Part shown: piece by piece, positions 46,110 to 55,754 of the stretch
Numbering within the stretch: the stretch's first letter is position 1
Layout: each line of letters opens with the position of its first letter
Source of the DNA: Acetatifactor sp.
GTDB lineage: Bacteria > Bacillota > Clostridia > Lachnospirales > Lachnospiraceae
NCBI GenBank assembly: GCA_045615205.1
Contig: JAZLEI010000021.1
Span: forward strand, 13,511 to 77,510
Direction of reading: 5' to 3'
Length of the DNA: 64,000 bases
Program-made: the position numbers and the translations under genes
Notes under the pieces: generated by a model
The model's database searches: none
Told to the model about the DNA's origin: nothing
Seen by the model: the letters and a program-made list of their open reading frames with translations, nothing else

Positions 46110-46889
46110 TTATGCGGATAGATAATTGCGCATCATTTTCAGGGCGTTCTTCTCCAGTCTGGAGACCTGTGCTTGGGAGATGCCGATGATATCTGCCACC
46201 TCCATCTGGGTCTTTCCTTCGAAAAAACGTAAATGGATAATGTCACGTTCCCTTTCGCCCAGACGTTTCAAGGCTTCGTTTAGGGATAGGTGTTCTACCC
46301 AGTTTTCTTCTTTGTTCTTTTTGTCGCTGATTTGATCCATCACATAGAGAGTATCGCCCGCATCGGTATAAATGGGTTCATAAAGACTCATAGGGTTTTG
46401 GATGGCGTCCATGGCATAAACAATATCTTCCTTGGAAATACCGATTTCTGTGGCGATTTCTTCTATGGTGGGCTCCTTTAAGTTTTTGCGAGTAAGGACC
46501 TCACGGGTATAGATGGCCTTGTAAGCAGTATCTTTTAAAGAACGGGAGACGCGGATGGAATTGTTGTCTCGCAGATAACGTCTGATTTCTCCGATAATCA
46601 TGGGTACGGCATAGGTGGAGAATTTGACGTTCAGGCTGGAATCAAAGTTGTCGATGGCTTTGATTAAGCCGATGCAGCCAATTTGAAACAAATCGTCTAC
46701 ATTTTCATTGCTGGAAGAGAAGCGTTTGATAATGCTTAAGACAAGTCTGAGATTTCCTTCAATATATCTTTCCCGAGCGGCAATGTCGCCTTCTTCAATC
46801 ATGGCGAATAATTTATCCTTTTCTTCTTGCTTTAATAGGGGGAGTTTGGCGGTATTCACGCCGCAGATTTCTACCTTACCTAATGACAT
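46110..46889 (-). CDS. sigG: Sporulation sigma factor G
   Basis: MSLGKVEICGVNTAKLPLL..., DDLFQIGCIGLIKAIDNFD, VKFSTYAVPMIIGEIRRYLRDNNSIRVSRS and GKTQMEVADIIGISQAQVSRLEK closely match my recollection of B. subtilis SigG. GGAGG lies upstream of ATG 46889. The 377-aa track ORF is an upstream extension. Confidence 0.95.
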   Translation of the reverse strand: MSLGKVEICGVNTAKLPLLKQEEKDKLFAMIEEGDIAARERYIEGNLRLVLSIIKRFSSSNENVDDLFQIGCIGLIKAIDNFDSSLNVKFSTYAVPMIIGEIRRYLRDNNSIRVSRSLKDTAYKAIYTREVLTRKNLKEPTIEEIATEIGISKEDIVYAMDAIQNPMSLYEPIYTDAGDTLYVMDQISDKKNKEENWVEHLSLNEALKRLGERERDIIHLRFFEGKTQMEVADIIGISQAQVSRLEKNALKMMRNYLSA

Positions 46890-46950
46890 GATGCTGGCCT
46901 CCTGAATAAGTAGTTGTCCGTTGAATGTTTCTCCTTGGTAAGTATAGGAA

Positions 46951-46980
46951 TAGTATGAGCCACCTTTTGAAAAGTTATTC
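46951..46980 (-). promoter_or_regulatory. Forespore-type (sigmaG/sigmaF-like) promoter upstream of sigG
   Basis: On the minus strand: GAATA (rc of 46976-46980) - 18 nt - CATACTA (rc of 46951-46957). This fits the B. subtilis sigmaG consensus GHATR-N18-CATXHTA. Confidence 0.55.
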
Positions 46981-47016
46981 ATATAATAATACAAAGTGGT
47001 AATGGGTGGATGAGCG

Positions 47017-47253
47017 ATGATCTTGTATTCGGATTTGAAAAATAAGGAAGTCATTAATATCAGAGATTGCAGGTGTTTGGGGAGGATAACCAACTTGGAA
47101 CTGGACGAGTGCAATGGTTGTATTTGTAAGATTTTTGTGAGTGATTGCAGAAGCTTTTTTAGTTTGTTTAAGACAGATACAGAAATTGCAATTCCTTTTA
47201 AGGATATCCGGCAAATCGGTCCTGATATAATATTGGTTGACATAAACTGCTAA
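47017..47253 (+). CDS. YlmC/YmxH-family PRC-barrel sporulation protein
   Basis: 78 aa. SDLKNKEVINIRDCRCLGRITNLELDECNGCICKIFV...IPFKDIRQIGPDIILV follows the YlmC/YmxH pattern. Confidence 0.85.
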   Translation: MILYSDLKNKEVINIRDCRCLGRITNLELDECNGCICKIFVSDCRSFFSLFKTDTEIAIPFKDIRQIGPDIILVDINC

Positions 47254-47343
47254 ATAATTTATAATATTTTCAAAATAGACAGAATTTTCTTACATTATCA
47301 ATTGAAGCAGCGTAAAGATGCGCAGATAGGAGCAAATGCATAT

Positions 47344-47793
47344 ATGAAATGTCCATTTTGTAATCATGAGAACACCAGAGTAATTGATTCCAGACCGGCA
47401 GAGGATAATAACTCCATCCGTCGTCGTCGTGTATGTGATGAGTGTGGGAAGCGTTTTACTACTTATGAAAAAATCGAGACCATTCCTTTGATTATTATTA
47501 AAAAGGATGATAATCGTGAGACTTATGACCGTTCCAAGATAGAAGCGGGAGTGTTACGTGCATGTCATAAGAGACCGGTGAGTGCACAGGCGATTACAAA
47601 TATTGTGGATGAAGTAGAAAACGAAATCTTCAACATGGAAGAGAAGGAAATCTCCAGCCAGATAATCGGTGAGCTGGTGATGAATAAATTAAAAGATTTG
47701 GATGCGGTTGCTTATGTACGTTTTGCATCTGTATATCGCGAATTTAAGGATGTAAATACTTTTATGGATGAGTTAAAAAAGGTATTGCAGTAG
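47344..47793 (+). CDS. nrdR: Transcriptional repressor NrdR
   Basis: Zinc ribbon MKCPFCNHENTRVIDSR...CDECGKRFTTYE plus an ATP-cone domain. Confidence 0.95.
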   Translation: MKCPFCNHENTRVIDSRPAEDNNSIRRRRVCDECGKRFTTYEKIETIPLIIIKKDDNRETYDRSKIEAGVLRACHKRPVSAQAITNIVDEVENEIFNMEEKEISSQIIGELVMNKLKDLDAVAYVRFASVYREFKDVNTFMDELKKVLQ

Positions 47794-47859
47794 AGACTGG
47801 CGGCAGGACAGATGTCCTGCCGTGTTTTTGAGAATTTTTCGAAAAGCGAGGAAGAGGAT

Positions 47860-48357
47860 ATGTTAAAAACATTTTATCCGGATAATGAAGTTGATTCTAC
47901 CTATGAAATTGATTTCGAAGCATTGTATGAGAAGGGATACCGTGGTATTATTTTTGATGTGGACAATACACTGGTGCCTCACGGAGCACCGGCTACTGAG
48001 CAGGCAAAGGCGTTTTTTGAGCGTTTGAGGGAGATTGGTTATGCGACCATGCTTTTGTCAAACAATAAAGAACCCAGGGTAAAAGGCTTTGCGGATAGTG
48101 TGGGTTCTCCCTATATTTTCAAGGCAAATAAGCCATCAAAAGCAGGTTATGAGAAAGCTATGGAGCAAATGGGTACCGTGAAGGAAACGACACTTTTCGT
48201 AGGGGATCAGCTTTTTACAGATGTTTGGGGAGCCAAGAGGACGGGGATTATGACGTATCTGGTAAAGCCCATTCATCCCAAGGAAGAAATTCAGATTGTG
48301 TTGAAACGCAGATTGGAATGGTTTGTATTGTATTTTTATCATAAGCAAAAGAAATAA
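47860..48357 (+). CDS. yqeG: YqeG-family HAD-IIIA phosphatase
   Basis: HAD motif I FDVDNTL, LSNN and GDQLFTD. Start set at ATG 47860. Confidence 0.8.
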   Translation: MLKTFYPDNEVDSTYEIDFEALYEKGYRGIIFDVDNTLVPHGAPATEQAKAFFERLREIGYATMLLSNNKEPRVKGFADSVGSPYIFKANKPSKAGYEKAMEQMGTVKETTLFVGDQLFTDVWGAKRTGIMTYLVKPIHPKEEIQIVLKRRLEWFVLYFYHKQKK

Positions 48358-48386
48358 GAAAACAGGAAAAAGGTGGCGACTGTAAA

Positions 48387-49253
48387 ATGGTTTATAATGG
48401 ACATACGAGGACCTGTGGACTGATAGGCAATCCGGTGGAGCATACCTTGTCTCCCTTGTTGCAGAATTATCTGGCAGAGGAAACCGGAACCAATATGGTA
48501 TATGTTCCGTTTCATGTGGAGGAAGGCAGAATCGGAGAGGCAGTCAAGGGAGCCTGGGCGCTAAACTTACTGGGCTGTAATGTGACGGTTCCTTATAAAA
48601 GTGATGTGCTTCCTTATGTGAAGGAGTTGGACGGGCTGGCTGAGAGGATTGGTGCCGTGAATACTCTGGTGCGTATGGAGGATGGTTTTAAGGGCTACAA
48701 TACGGATATGCCGGGGCTTTACCGTGCCATGCAAAGTGATGGTGTGGAAATAGTGGGCAGAGAATGTGTGATTTTAGGCGCCGGAGGAGTAGCCAGAGCA
48801 GTGGCTGTGATGCTTTTGGACAAAGGAGCTTCCAAGGTTTACATATTGAACAGAACGTTGCAAAAAGCAGTAGTAATCGCAGAAGAAGTAAATGAGATGG
48901 CAGGTTATGCTTTTGTGGAGGCAATGGCATTAATGGATTATGAGAAGCTGCCAAAACGACAATTCATAGTGATACAAGCTACTAATATAGGTATGCATCC
49001 CAAGGTGGATGAGGTGGTTATCTCGGATAAAGCCTTTTATGAAAGGGTGGAGGTTGGTTATGACTTGATCTTTAACCCGGGTAATACCCGTTTCATGCAA
49101 CTTACGGAAGCAGCCGGCGCAAGAGCCTATAACGGAGCGAAGATGCTGGTGTATCAGGGGATTATTGCTTTTGAACTTTGGAATAAACTATCGATTTCGG
49201 AAGAAACAGCAAAAATAGTATGTGATTTGGTGACAGAGGCGTTGAAGGTATGA
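48387..49253 (+). CDS. aroE: Shikimate dehydrogenase
   Basis: Motifs GNPVEHTLSP, NVTVPYK and GAGGVARAV. Confidence 0.9.
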   Translation: MVYNGHTRTCGLIGNPVEHTLSPLLQNYLAEETGTNMVYVPFHVEEGRIGEAVKGAWALNLLGCNVTVPYKSDVLPYVKELDGLAERIGAVNTLVRMEDGFKGYNTDMPGLYRAMQSDGVEIVGRECVILGAGGVARAVAVMLLDKGASKVYILNRTLQKAVVIAEEVNEMAGYAFVEAMALMDYEKLPKRQFIVIQATNIGMHPKVDEVVISDKAFYERVEVGYDLIFNPGNTRFMQLTEAAGARAYNGAKMLVYQGIIAFELWNKLSISEETAKIVCDLVTEALKV

Positions 49254-50209
49254 AAAAGAACAATATCGTATTAATTGGTTTTATGGGAAGCGGAAAAACA
49301 ACCATAGGTATTCGCTTATCCTATCGTATGCGCAGAGCGATAGAGGATACGGATAAATTGATTGAAAGAAGACTGGGAAAGCGTATTTCAGAGGTGTTTG
49401 CCCAGGAAGGAGAAGCTTTTTTTCGACTGCAGGAAACAGCTCTTTTGAAGGATCTAATAGAAAAGAGAAATCATCAGATTATTTCGGTAGGGGGCGGAAC
49501 TCCTGTCAGAGAGGAAAACAGAGAGCTACTGAAAAAGTTGGGCACAGTAGTGTATTTTCGTGCGAAACCGGAAACAATTTATGAAAGAGTAAAAGCGGAT
49601 ACGACACGACCTCTTTTGCAATGTGAGGATCCTTTGCAGAAAATCAGGGATTTGCTGCAACAGCGCAAAGAAGCCTACGAAAGCTGTGCCGATATTATCA
49701 TCGATGTGGATGGTTTGTCCATGGATGAGGTGGCAGAGCAGGTGATAAATGCAAGCTCAAAGGAAGGAAAGAGAAAAAAGAAACTGTTGGTGATTAATGG
49801 TCCGAATTTGAATTTTTTGGGCATTCGTGACAAGAATATCTACGGAGCACAGGATTATCAGTATTTGATGGACTTGATACAAAAGAAGGCAAAAGCAAGC
49901 GGATGTAAGATTGACTGCTTCCAGAGTAATTATGAAGGAGCGATTATTGACCGGATACAGGCTGCCTATTTTGATGGTACAGATGGAATTGTAATTAATC
50001 CGGGTGCTTATACTCATTATAGCTATGCGATCCATGATGCTTTAGAAACCATACGGGTACCAAAGGTAGAAATACATATTTCCAATATTCAGGAAAGAGA
50101 AGAGTTTCGTAAGATTTCCGTGACCGCACCGGCCTGTGATAAGCAGATCTATGGGCAGGGATTGGACGGATATTTGCAGGCAATTGACTTTATCTTGAAT
50201 AATTCGTAG
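49250..50209 (+). CDS. Bifunctional shikimate kinase / type II 3-dehydroquinate dehydratase (fusion)
   Basis: N-terminal AroK P-loop GFMGSGKTT and GGG motif. C-terminal AroQ motifs LVINGPNLNFLGIRDKNIYG and HISNIQEREEFR. Overlaps aroE by 4 nt. Confidence 0.85.
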   Translation: MKKNNIVLIGFMGSGKTTIGIRLSYRMRRAIEDTDKLIERRLGKRISEVFAQEGEAFFRLQETALLKDLIEKRNHQIISVGGGTPVREENRELLKKLGTVVYFRAKPETIYERVKADTTRPLLQCEDPLQKIRDLLQQRKEAYESCADIIIDVDGLSMDEVAEQVINASSKEGKRKKKLLVINGPNLNFLGIRDKNIYGAQDYQYLMDLIQKKAKASGCKIDCFQSNYEGAIIDRIQAAYFDGTDGIVINPGAYTHYSYAIHDALETIRVPKVEIHISNIQEREEFRKISVTAPACDKQIYGQGLDGYLQAIDFILNNS

Positions 50210-50299
50210 TTTTTTTTGAAAAAATAGTTGAAATATGATTGCTTTTAGTATAAACTAGAAAAGAATTATAACGTGATAAATATTTAGGAGGAATATACT

Positions 50300-50857
50300 A
50301 TGATTTCAGCAGGCGATTTCAGAAATGGTATTACTATTGAAATGGACAATGGTATTTACCAGATTATTGAATTCCAGCATGTTAAGCCGGGAAAGGGAGC
50401 AGCTTTCGTTAGAACCAAGCTGAAAAATATCGTTAACGGAGGCGTTATCGAAAAGAGTTTCAGACCTCAGGAGAAGTTCCCGCAGGCGCGTATTGATAGA
50501 AAAGATATGCAGTACTTGTATTCAGATGGTGATTTATATCACTTCATGGATGTTGAAAGCTATGACCAGATTGCACTCAACGATGAAACCGTTGGTGATG
50601 CATTGAAGTTCGTTAAGGAAAATGATATGTGTAAGGTTTGCTCACACAATGGCAATGTATTTGCCATTGAGCCTCCTTTGTTCGTAGAACTTGAGGTTAC
50701 TGAGACAGAACCCGGCTTTAAGGGAGATACCGCTACAGGTGCTTCTAAGCCTGCTACCGTAGAAACCGGTGCAACCGTATCTGTTCCTTTGTTCGTTGAA
50801 ATTGGTAACAAGATTAAGATTGATACCAGAACCGGCGAATATCTTTCAAGAGTTTAA
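50300..50857 (+). CDS. efp: Elongation factor P
   Basis: [19 protein letters not shown] loop and three OB-like domains. Confidence 0.97.
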   Translation: MISAGDFRNGITIEMDNGIYQIIEFQHVKPGKGAAFVRTKLKNIVNGGVIEKSFRPQEKFPQARIDRKDMQYLYSDGDLYHFMDVESYDQIALNDETVGDALKFVKENDMCKVCSHNGNVFAIEPPLFVELEVTETEPGFKGDTATGASKPATVETGATVSVPLFVEIGNKIKIDTRTGEYLSRV

Positions 50858-50881
50858 TAGACTGCACTATTTATGCAAAGT

Positions 50882-50913
50882 AAGACAATGGCTTTATGTC
50901 ATTGTCTTTTTTT
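50882..50913 (+). terminator. Intrinsic terminator after efp
   Basis: Stem AAGACAATG / CATTGTCTT followed by TTTTT. It lies inside the first codons of track ORF 50873. Confidence 0.8.
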
Positions 50914-50953
50914 GCGCCAAAACATCGCAACATTAAATTATGGAGGGAAGTAT

Positions 50954-51847
50954 ATGAGTGAAGAAGCTATGGAAAAATTAATAGAAGAGCTGAAGGGAAG
51001 TTTGGGGGAAGACACCCAAATCATGCTTCGGGAAATACAAAAGAACAATGGTACACGGTATAAGGGATTAATTGTCAGAAGAGAAGATAGAAATATCGCA
51101 CCTACGATTTATATGGAACCCTTTCTGGATATGCTTCAGGAAGGAGAAAATATCCATGTGATTGCAGAACGTATTCTGCGGGTGTACCAAAATTGTGAGC
51201 TGAAAGGATCCGTGGATATGGACTTCTTTATGGACTTTGGGAAAGTAAAAGACCGGATTGTATATCGGCTGATAAATCGGGAGAGGAATAAGGAATTATT
51301 GCAGGATATTCCCTATATTCCCTTTCTGGATTTGGCCATTTGTTTTTATTATGCCTTTTATAGTGAGGAGTTGGGAGATGGTATGATTATGATACATAAC
51401 AGTCATATGGAAATGTGGAATACCAACCATCAGCAGTTGTTTAAGCTGGCCGGGGTAAATACGAAACGCTTGTTTCCGCCTATGGTGATTATGCTGGATA
51501 CCATAGTGCGGGAAATGGACGGGGATATGGTGGATGCCCGATGGCCGGATATGCCGGAACTTTATGTTCTGACCAATCACCAGAAAACGCAAGGTGCGGT
51601 AGCTTTGTTAGATGCAGAGCTTTTGGAAAATATGGGGAAAAAGATAAAGGGTAATTACTATATAATTCCCAGTTCTATTCATGAAGTCATTCTATTAAAG
51701 GATCAAGGCAGAGAAGAAGGGCGGTCACTGCATGATATGATAGTGGAGACCAATTCTTCGCAGCTTCTGGAGGAGGATATCCTTTCGGATTATCCCTATT
51801 ATTATAATATATCTGATAAAAAACTCTCACAAATTACATGCGTTTAA
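50954..51847 (+). CDS. Hypothetical protein, about 297 aa
   Basis: ATG 50954 follows GGAGGG, and the upstream part of the track ORF contains the efp terminator. No motif recognised with confidence. Confidence 0.5.
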   Translation: MSEEAMEKLIEELKGSLGEDTQIMLREIQKNNGTRYKGLIVRREDRNIAPTIYMEPFLDMLQEGENIHVIAERILRVYQNCELKGSVDMDFFMDFGKVKDRIVYRLINRERNKELLQDIPYIPFLDLAICFYYAFYSEELGDGMIMIHNSHMEMWNTNHQQLFKLAGVNTKRLFPPMVIMLDTIVREMDGDMVDARWPDMPELYVLTNHQKTQGAVALLDAELLENMGKKIKGNYYIIPSSIHEVILLKDQGREEGRSLHDMIVETNSSQLLEEDILSDYPYYYNISDKKLSQITCV

Positions 51848-51902
51848 GCTTAGAACTTTCATAAATTTTATAAAAAATTAGGACTTTTCCTAAAAAATCG
51901 TA

Positions 51903-51931
51903 TAGACATGGATTGCGATTTGTGGTAATAT
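51903..51931 (+). promoter_or_regulatory. Candidate promoter for the tRNA
   Basis: TAGACA - 17 nt - TAATAT, about 30 nt upstream of the tRNA 5' end. Confidence 0.35.
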
Positions 51932-51933
51932 AG

Positions 51934-52051
51934 TCGAAGTGATGTAACAATTTTGTAATATTTGCATCCGTAGTCTAATGGATAGAACGGAGGCCTCCGA
52001 CGCCTTTAATGCAGGTTCGATTCCTGTCGGATGCATTTTACATCACTTCGA
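51934..52051 (+). repeat. 13-bp perfect inverted repeat bracketing the tRNA
   Basis: TCGAAGTGATGTA (51934-51946) and its exact reverse complement TACATCACTTCGA (52039-52051). Confidence 0.85.
51964..52035 (+). tRNA. tRNA-Arg (anticodon CCG), 72 nt, no encoded CCA
   Basis: Manual cloverleaf: acceptor GCATCCG/CGGATGC; anticodon stem GAGGC/GCCTT with loop CT-CCG-AC; T-arm GCAGG-TTCGATT-CCTGT; D-loop AATGGATA. The D-stem has one C-A mismatch. Confidence 0.85.
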
Positions 52052-52082
52052 TGTAGTTCACATTTTGTAGAAAGGTTATTTT

Positions 52083-53348
52083 ATGATAAAGGAAAAGTTG
52101 AAGCTGGTTGGCGGTTTTCTGGCAAAAAACAGTAAGATAGCGTTGCCGATAGTACTGGTACTGTTGGTAGCTGTTGTGGTAGCAGTGGTATTGGGGGCAA
52201 ATGATGAAAGATTTCCGGATGATCCCTCTATAGCTGTGAATGTGAATTCCACAGAGGGTACTACAGCGGGTTCCGCAGAGGTTCAACCAACGGAAGAACC
52301 CAAGCAGGAAGAAACAAAACCGGAAGATTACGTGCTGGAGGTAAATGGTGATTTACGACCTCTTATGTGTACTTATTACAATGCATATGCATTGGGAGAT
52401 ATGGATACCATCCGAAGCGTGACTAATTATCTGGATGAAACAGAAGCTATTCGTATGCAGGCTATGAGCGAATATGTGGAAACCTATCCGGAGATTACTG
52501 TTTATTCCAAACCGGGACCTGTTGAGAATTCTTATTTGGCATATGTTTATTACAAAATGACAGTGACCAATTTCGAGGATGCGATGTCCGGAATGGAAAC
52601 CTTTTATGTTTGTACCAAAGAAGATGGTACCCTGTATTTGAATCAGGGTGATGTTTCAGACGAAGAACTGGAATATATACGTATTGTCAATTCACAGGAT
52701 GACGTAGTAGAACTGTATAATCGTGTCACTGTAGAGTGCAATGATACCTTTTTGAAGAATTCTGATTTGTTCTATTATGTGCAGGAGATTATGAATGATG
52801 TACAGAAAACAACCGGAGAGACTTTGGCTGCACAGATGGGGAGTAGTGCAGAGAACAGTGAAAGCAACGGTGAAGGTGAGGGAACTGTAGAAATCAATGC
52901 TTCTGAGGGTGAGGTCCCTGTTGCAACGGAGGTTCCGGCTGTTGTAGAACCTGCAGGTCCTATCTATGCAAAAGCAACCACTACTGTAAATGTGCGTGTT
53001 TCTGACAGTGAGCAGGCTGATAAAGCAGGCAAGGTGAGCGGAGGAACCAAGGTAGAGGTTCTGGCACAGCAGGTAAATGGCTGGACTAAAATCAAAGGCA
53101 AGGATATAGAGGGCTATATTAAGTCTGAATATTTACAGCTGATGAATACGGAAGCATTAACAGATGCTATCGGTACCGTAACCGCTTCTTCTAATGTGAA
53201 TGTACGTGCGTCTGCCAGTGAAGGTGCAAACAGACTGGGTGTCTTAGCCGGTGGAGAAAACGCTGAGCTGCTAGGCAGAGAAAATGGCTGGTGTAAGATT
53301 AATTACAATGGTCAGGTGGGTTATGTGAAAGAGGATTATGTGCAATAA
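52083..53348 (+). CDS. Membrane-anchored protein with two C-terminal bacterial SH3 domains
   Basis: N-terminal TM helix. Two SH3b-like modules (TVNVRVSDSEQ...NGWTKIK...GYIKSEYL and NVNVRASAS...NGWCKINYNGQVGYVKEDYV). Confidence 0.7.
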   Translation: MIKEKLKLVGGFLAKNSKIALPIVLVLLVAVVVAVVLGANDERFPDDPSIAVNVNSTEGTTAGSAEVQPTEEPKQEETKPEDYVLEVNGDLRPLMCTYYNAYALGDMDTIRSVTNYLDETEAIRMQAMSEYVETYPEITVYSKPGPVENSYLAYVYYKMTVTNFEDAMSGMETFYVCTKEDGTLYLNQGDVSDEELEYIRIVNSQDDVVELYNRVTVECNDTFLKNSDLFYYVQEIMNDVQKTTGETLAAQMGSSAENSESNGEGEGTVEINASEGEVPVATEVPAVVEPAGPIYAKATTTVNVRVSDSEQADKAGKVSGGTKVEVLAQQVNGWTKIKGKDIEGYIKSEYLQLMNTEALTDAIGTVTASSNVNVRASASEGANRLGVLAGGENAELLGRENGWCKINYNGQVGYVKEDYVQ

Positions 53349-53382
53349 TTATTCATAAAACAATTCAAATTGCGTATACTAA

Positions 53383-53410
53383 GGGTGCTATGAAAATAGC
53401 ATCCTTTTTT
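53383..53410 (+). terminator. Intrinsic terminator after the SH3b gene
   Basis: Stem GGGTGCTAT / ATAGCATCC, GAAA loop, TTTTTT. Confidence 0.8.
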
Positions 53411-53482
53411 GTGGTGTGAAATTCAGCGGACAAACAGTACTGCAACATCCAAAGAGGAGAGAAAAAGAAGGGATGTGAAGGA

Positions 53483-53914
53483 ATGCAGAAGCAGGAGATT
53501 AACATTTATAAGGAAATACAAAAAAATGCAGAAAAGGCAATGCGAACCATAGAAACATTGTCTGATAAGGTGCATAATGAACAACTGGCAATACAGATAT
53601 CCAAGCAATCCTTGAAATATGCGGAGATACGAAATCAGGCGTATGACAAATTACTGGAGGCTCATGCACAACCTTATCGAAGCAGCTATATGGAAAATCT
53701 GATGCTGAACGGAAGCATACAATATAATACGCTTCTGAATACCAGTACCAGCCGAATAGCAGAGCTAATGATTAAGGGCAGCAATGAAGGAGTACTGGAG
53801 ATGAATAAGGTGCTGAATCACAATGGCGGTGCAGGAGAGCAGGCCATTGGTCTGGCAAATAAATTGATTGATTTCGAAGAAAAGAACATAGCCGGAATGA
53901 GAATGTATCTATAG
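53483..53914 (+). CDS. Hypothetical helical protein, 143 aa
   Basis: ORF with an upstream purine-rich run (GAGGAGAG, about 20 nt from the ATG; spacing not verified as a good RBS). No motif recognised. Confidence 0.5.
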   Translation: MQKQEINIYKEIQKNAEKAMRTIETLSDKVHNEQLAIQISKQSLKYAEIRNQAYDKLLEAHAQPYRSSYMENLMLNGSIQYNTLLNTSTSRIAELMIKGSNEGVLEMNKVLNHNGGAGEQAIGLANKLIDFEEKNIAGMRMYL

Positions 53915-54067
53915 TGGGAAGGTGTTGTGCAATTTGCATAAAAAATTCCGAAAAACTTTTACGATTTACTGAGATAAAGTCAGTTGTGTAATTTTCGAAG
54001 ACATAATATAATAATTCTTGTGATAAAAAGCATACTTGTATACAATGTATGCGAGGTGGAAAATTAA

Positions 54068-55435
<1,368 letters not shown>

Positions 55436-55455
55436 AAAGATAGAGTGTGTCTTAG

Positions 55456-55489
55456 GGCGTCTGTACGAAAATGTGCAGGCGCCTTTTTT
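55456..55489 (+). terminator. Intrinsic terminator after gdhA
   Basis: Stem GGCGTCTGTAC / GTGCAGGCGCC (two G-U pairs) followed by TTTTTT. Confidence 0.8.
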
Positions 55490-55538
55490 AGAACAAATAC
55501 AAACTTAAAATTAAATGAGCAGATATCATAAAAAAACC

Positions 55539-55567
55539 TTGAAATATTTGGCAGATATTGCTATCAT
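55539..55567 (+). promoter_or_regulatory. Candidate promoter P1 (TTGAAA-17-TATCAT)
   Basis: CTTGAAA ... TATCATTA with a 17-nt spacer, upstream of the SHOCT/dynamin operon. Confidence 0.4.
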
Positions 55568-55584
55568 TAAAATATGTTATTGTC

Positions 55585-55613
55585 TTGAAAAAAGATGATT
55601 TTTTTGTTATCAT
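55585..55613 (+). promoter_or_regulatory. Candidate promoter P2 (TTGAAA-17-TATCAT), duplicate of P1
   Basis: Identical CTTGAAA and TATCATTA boxes with a 17-nt spacer, 46 nt downstream of P1. Confidence 0.4.
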
Positions 55614-55754
55614 TATAGCCAAAGACAGTACTTGCATGCTGAGGTTGCCGTTGGCAATCATGGGATGTGGAGTGATTTTTTTGTGTTTTATAAGTAAAAT
55701 AAGAGAAAATCCGGCTGCATAGAATAGTAGCAGGAATGAGAGGAGGCTAACTTT

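Noticed and set aside
46890-47243. N-terminal 118 codons of the 377-aa minus-strand ORF that contains sigG
   Set aside because: As I recall the B. subtilis SigG sequence, homology begins at MSLGKVEICG (ATG 46889), which has its own GGAGG. The extension is low-complexity, overlaps the + strand ylmC/ymxH gene and contains the predicted sigG promoter.
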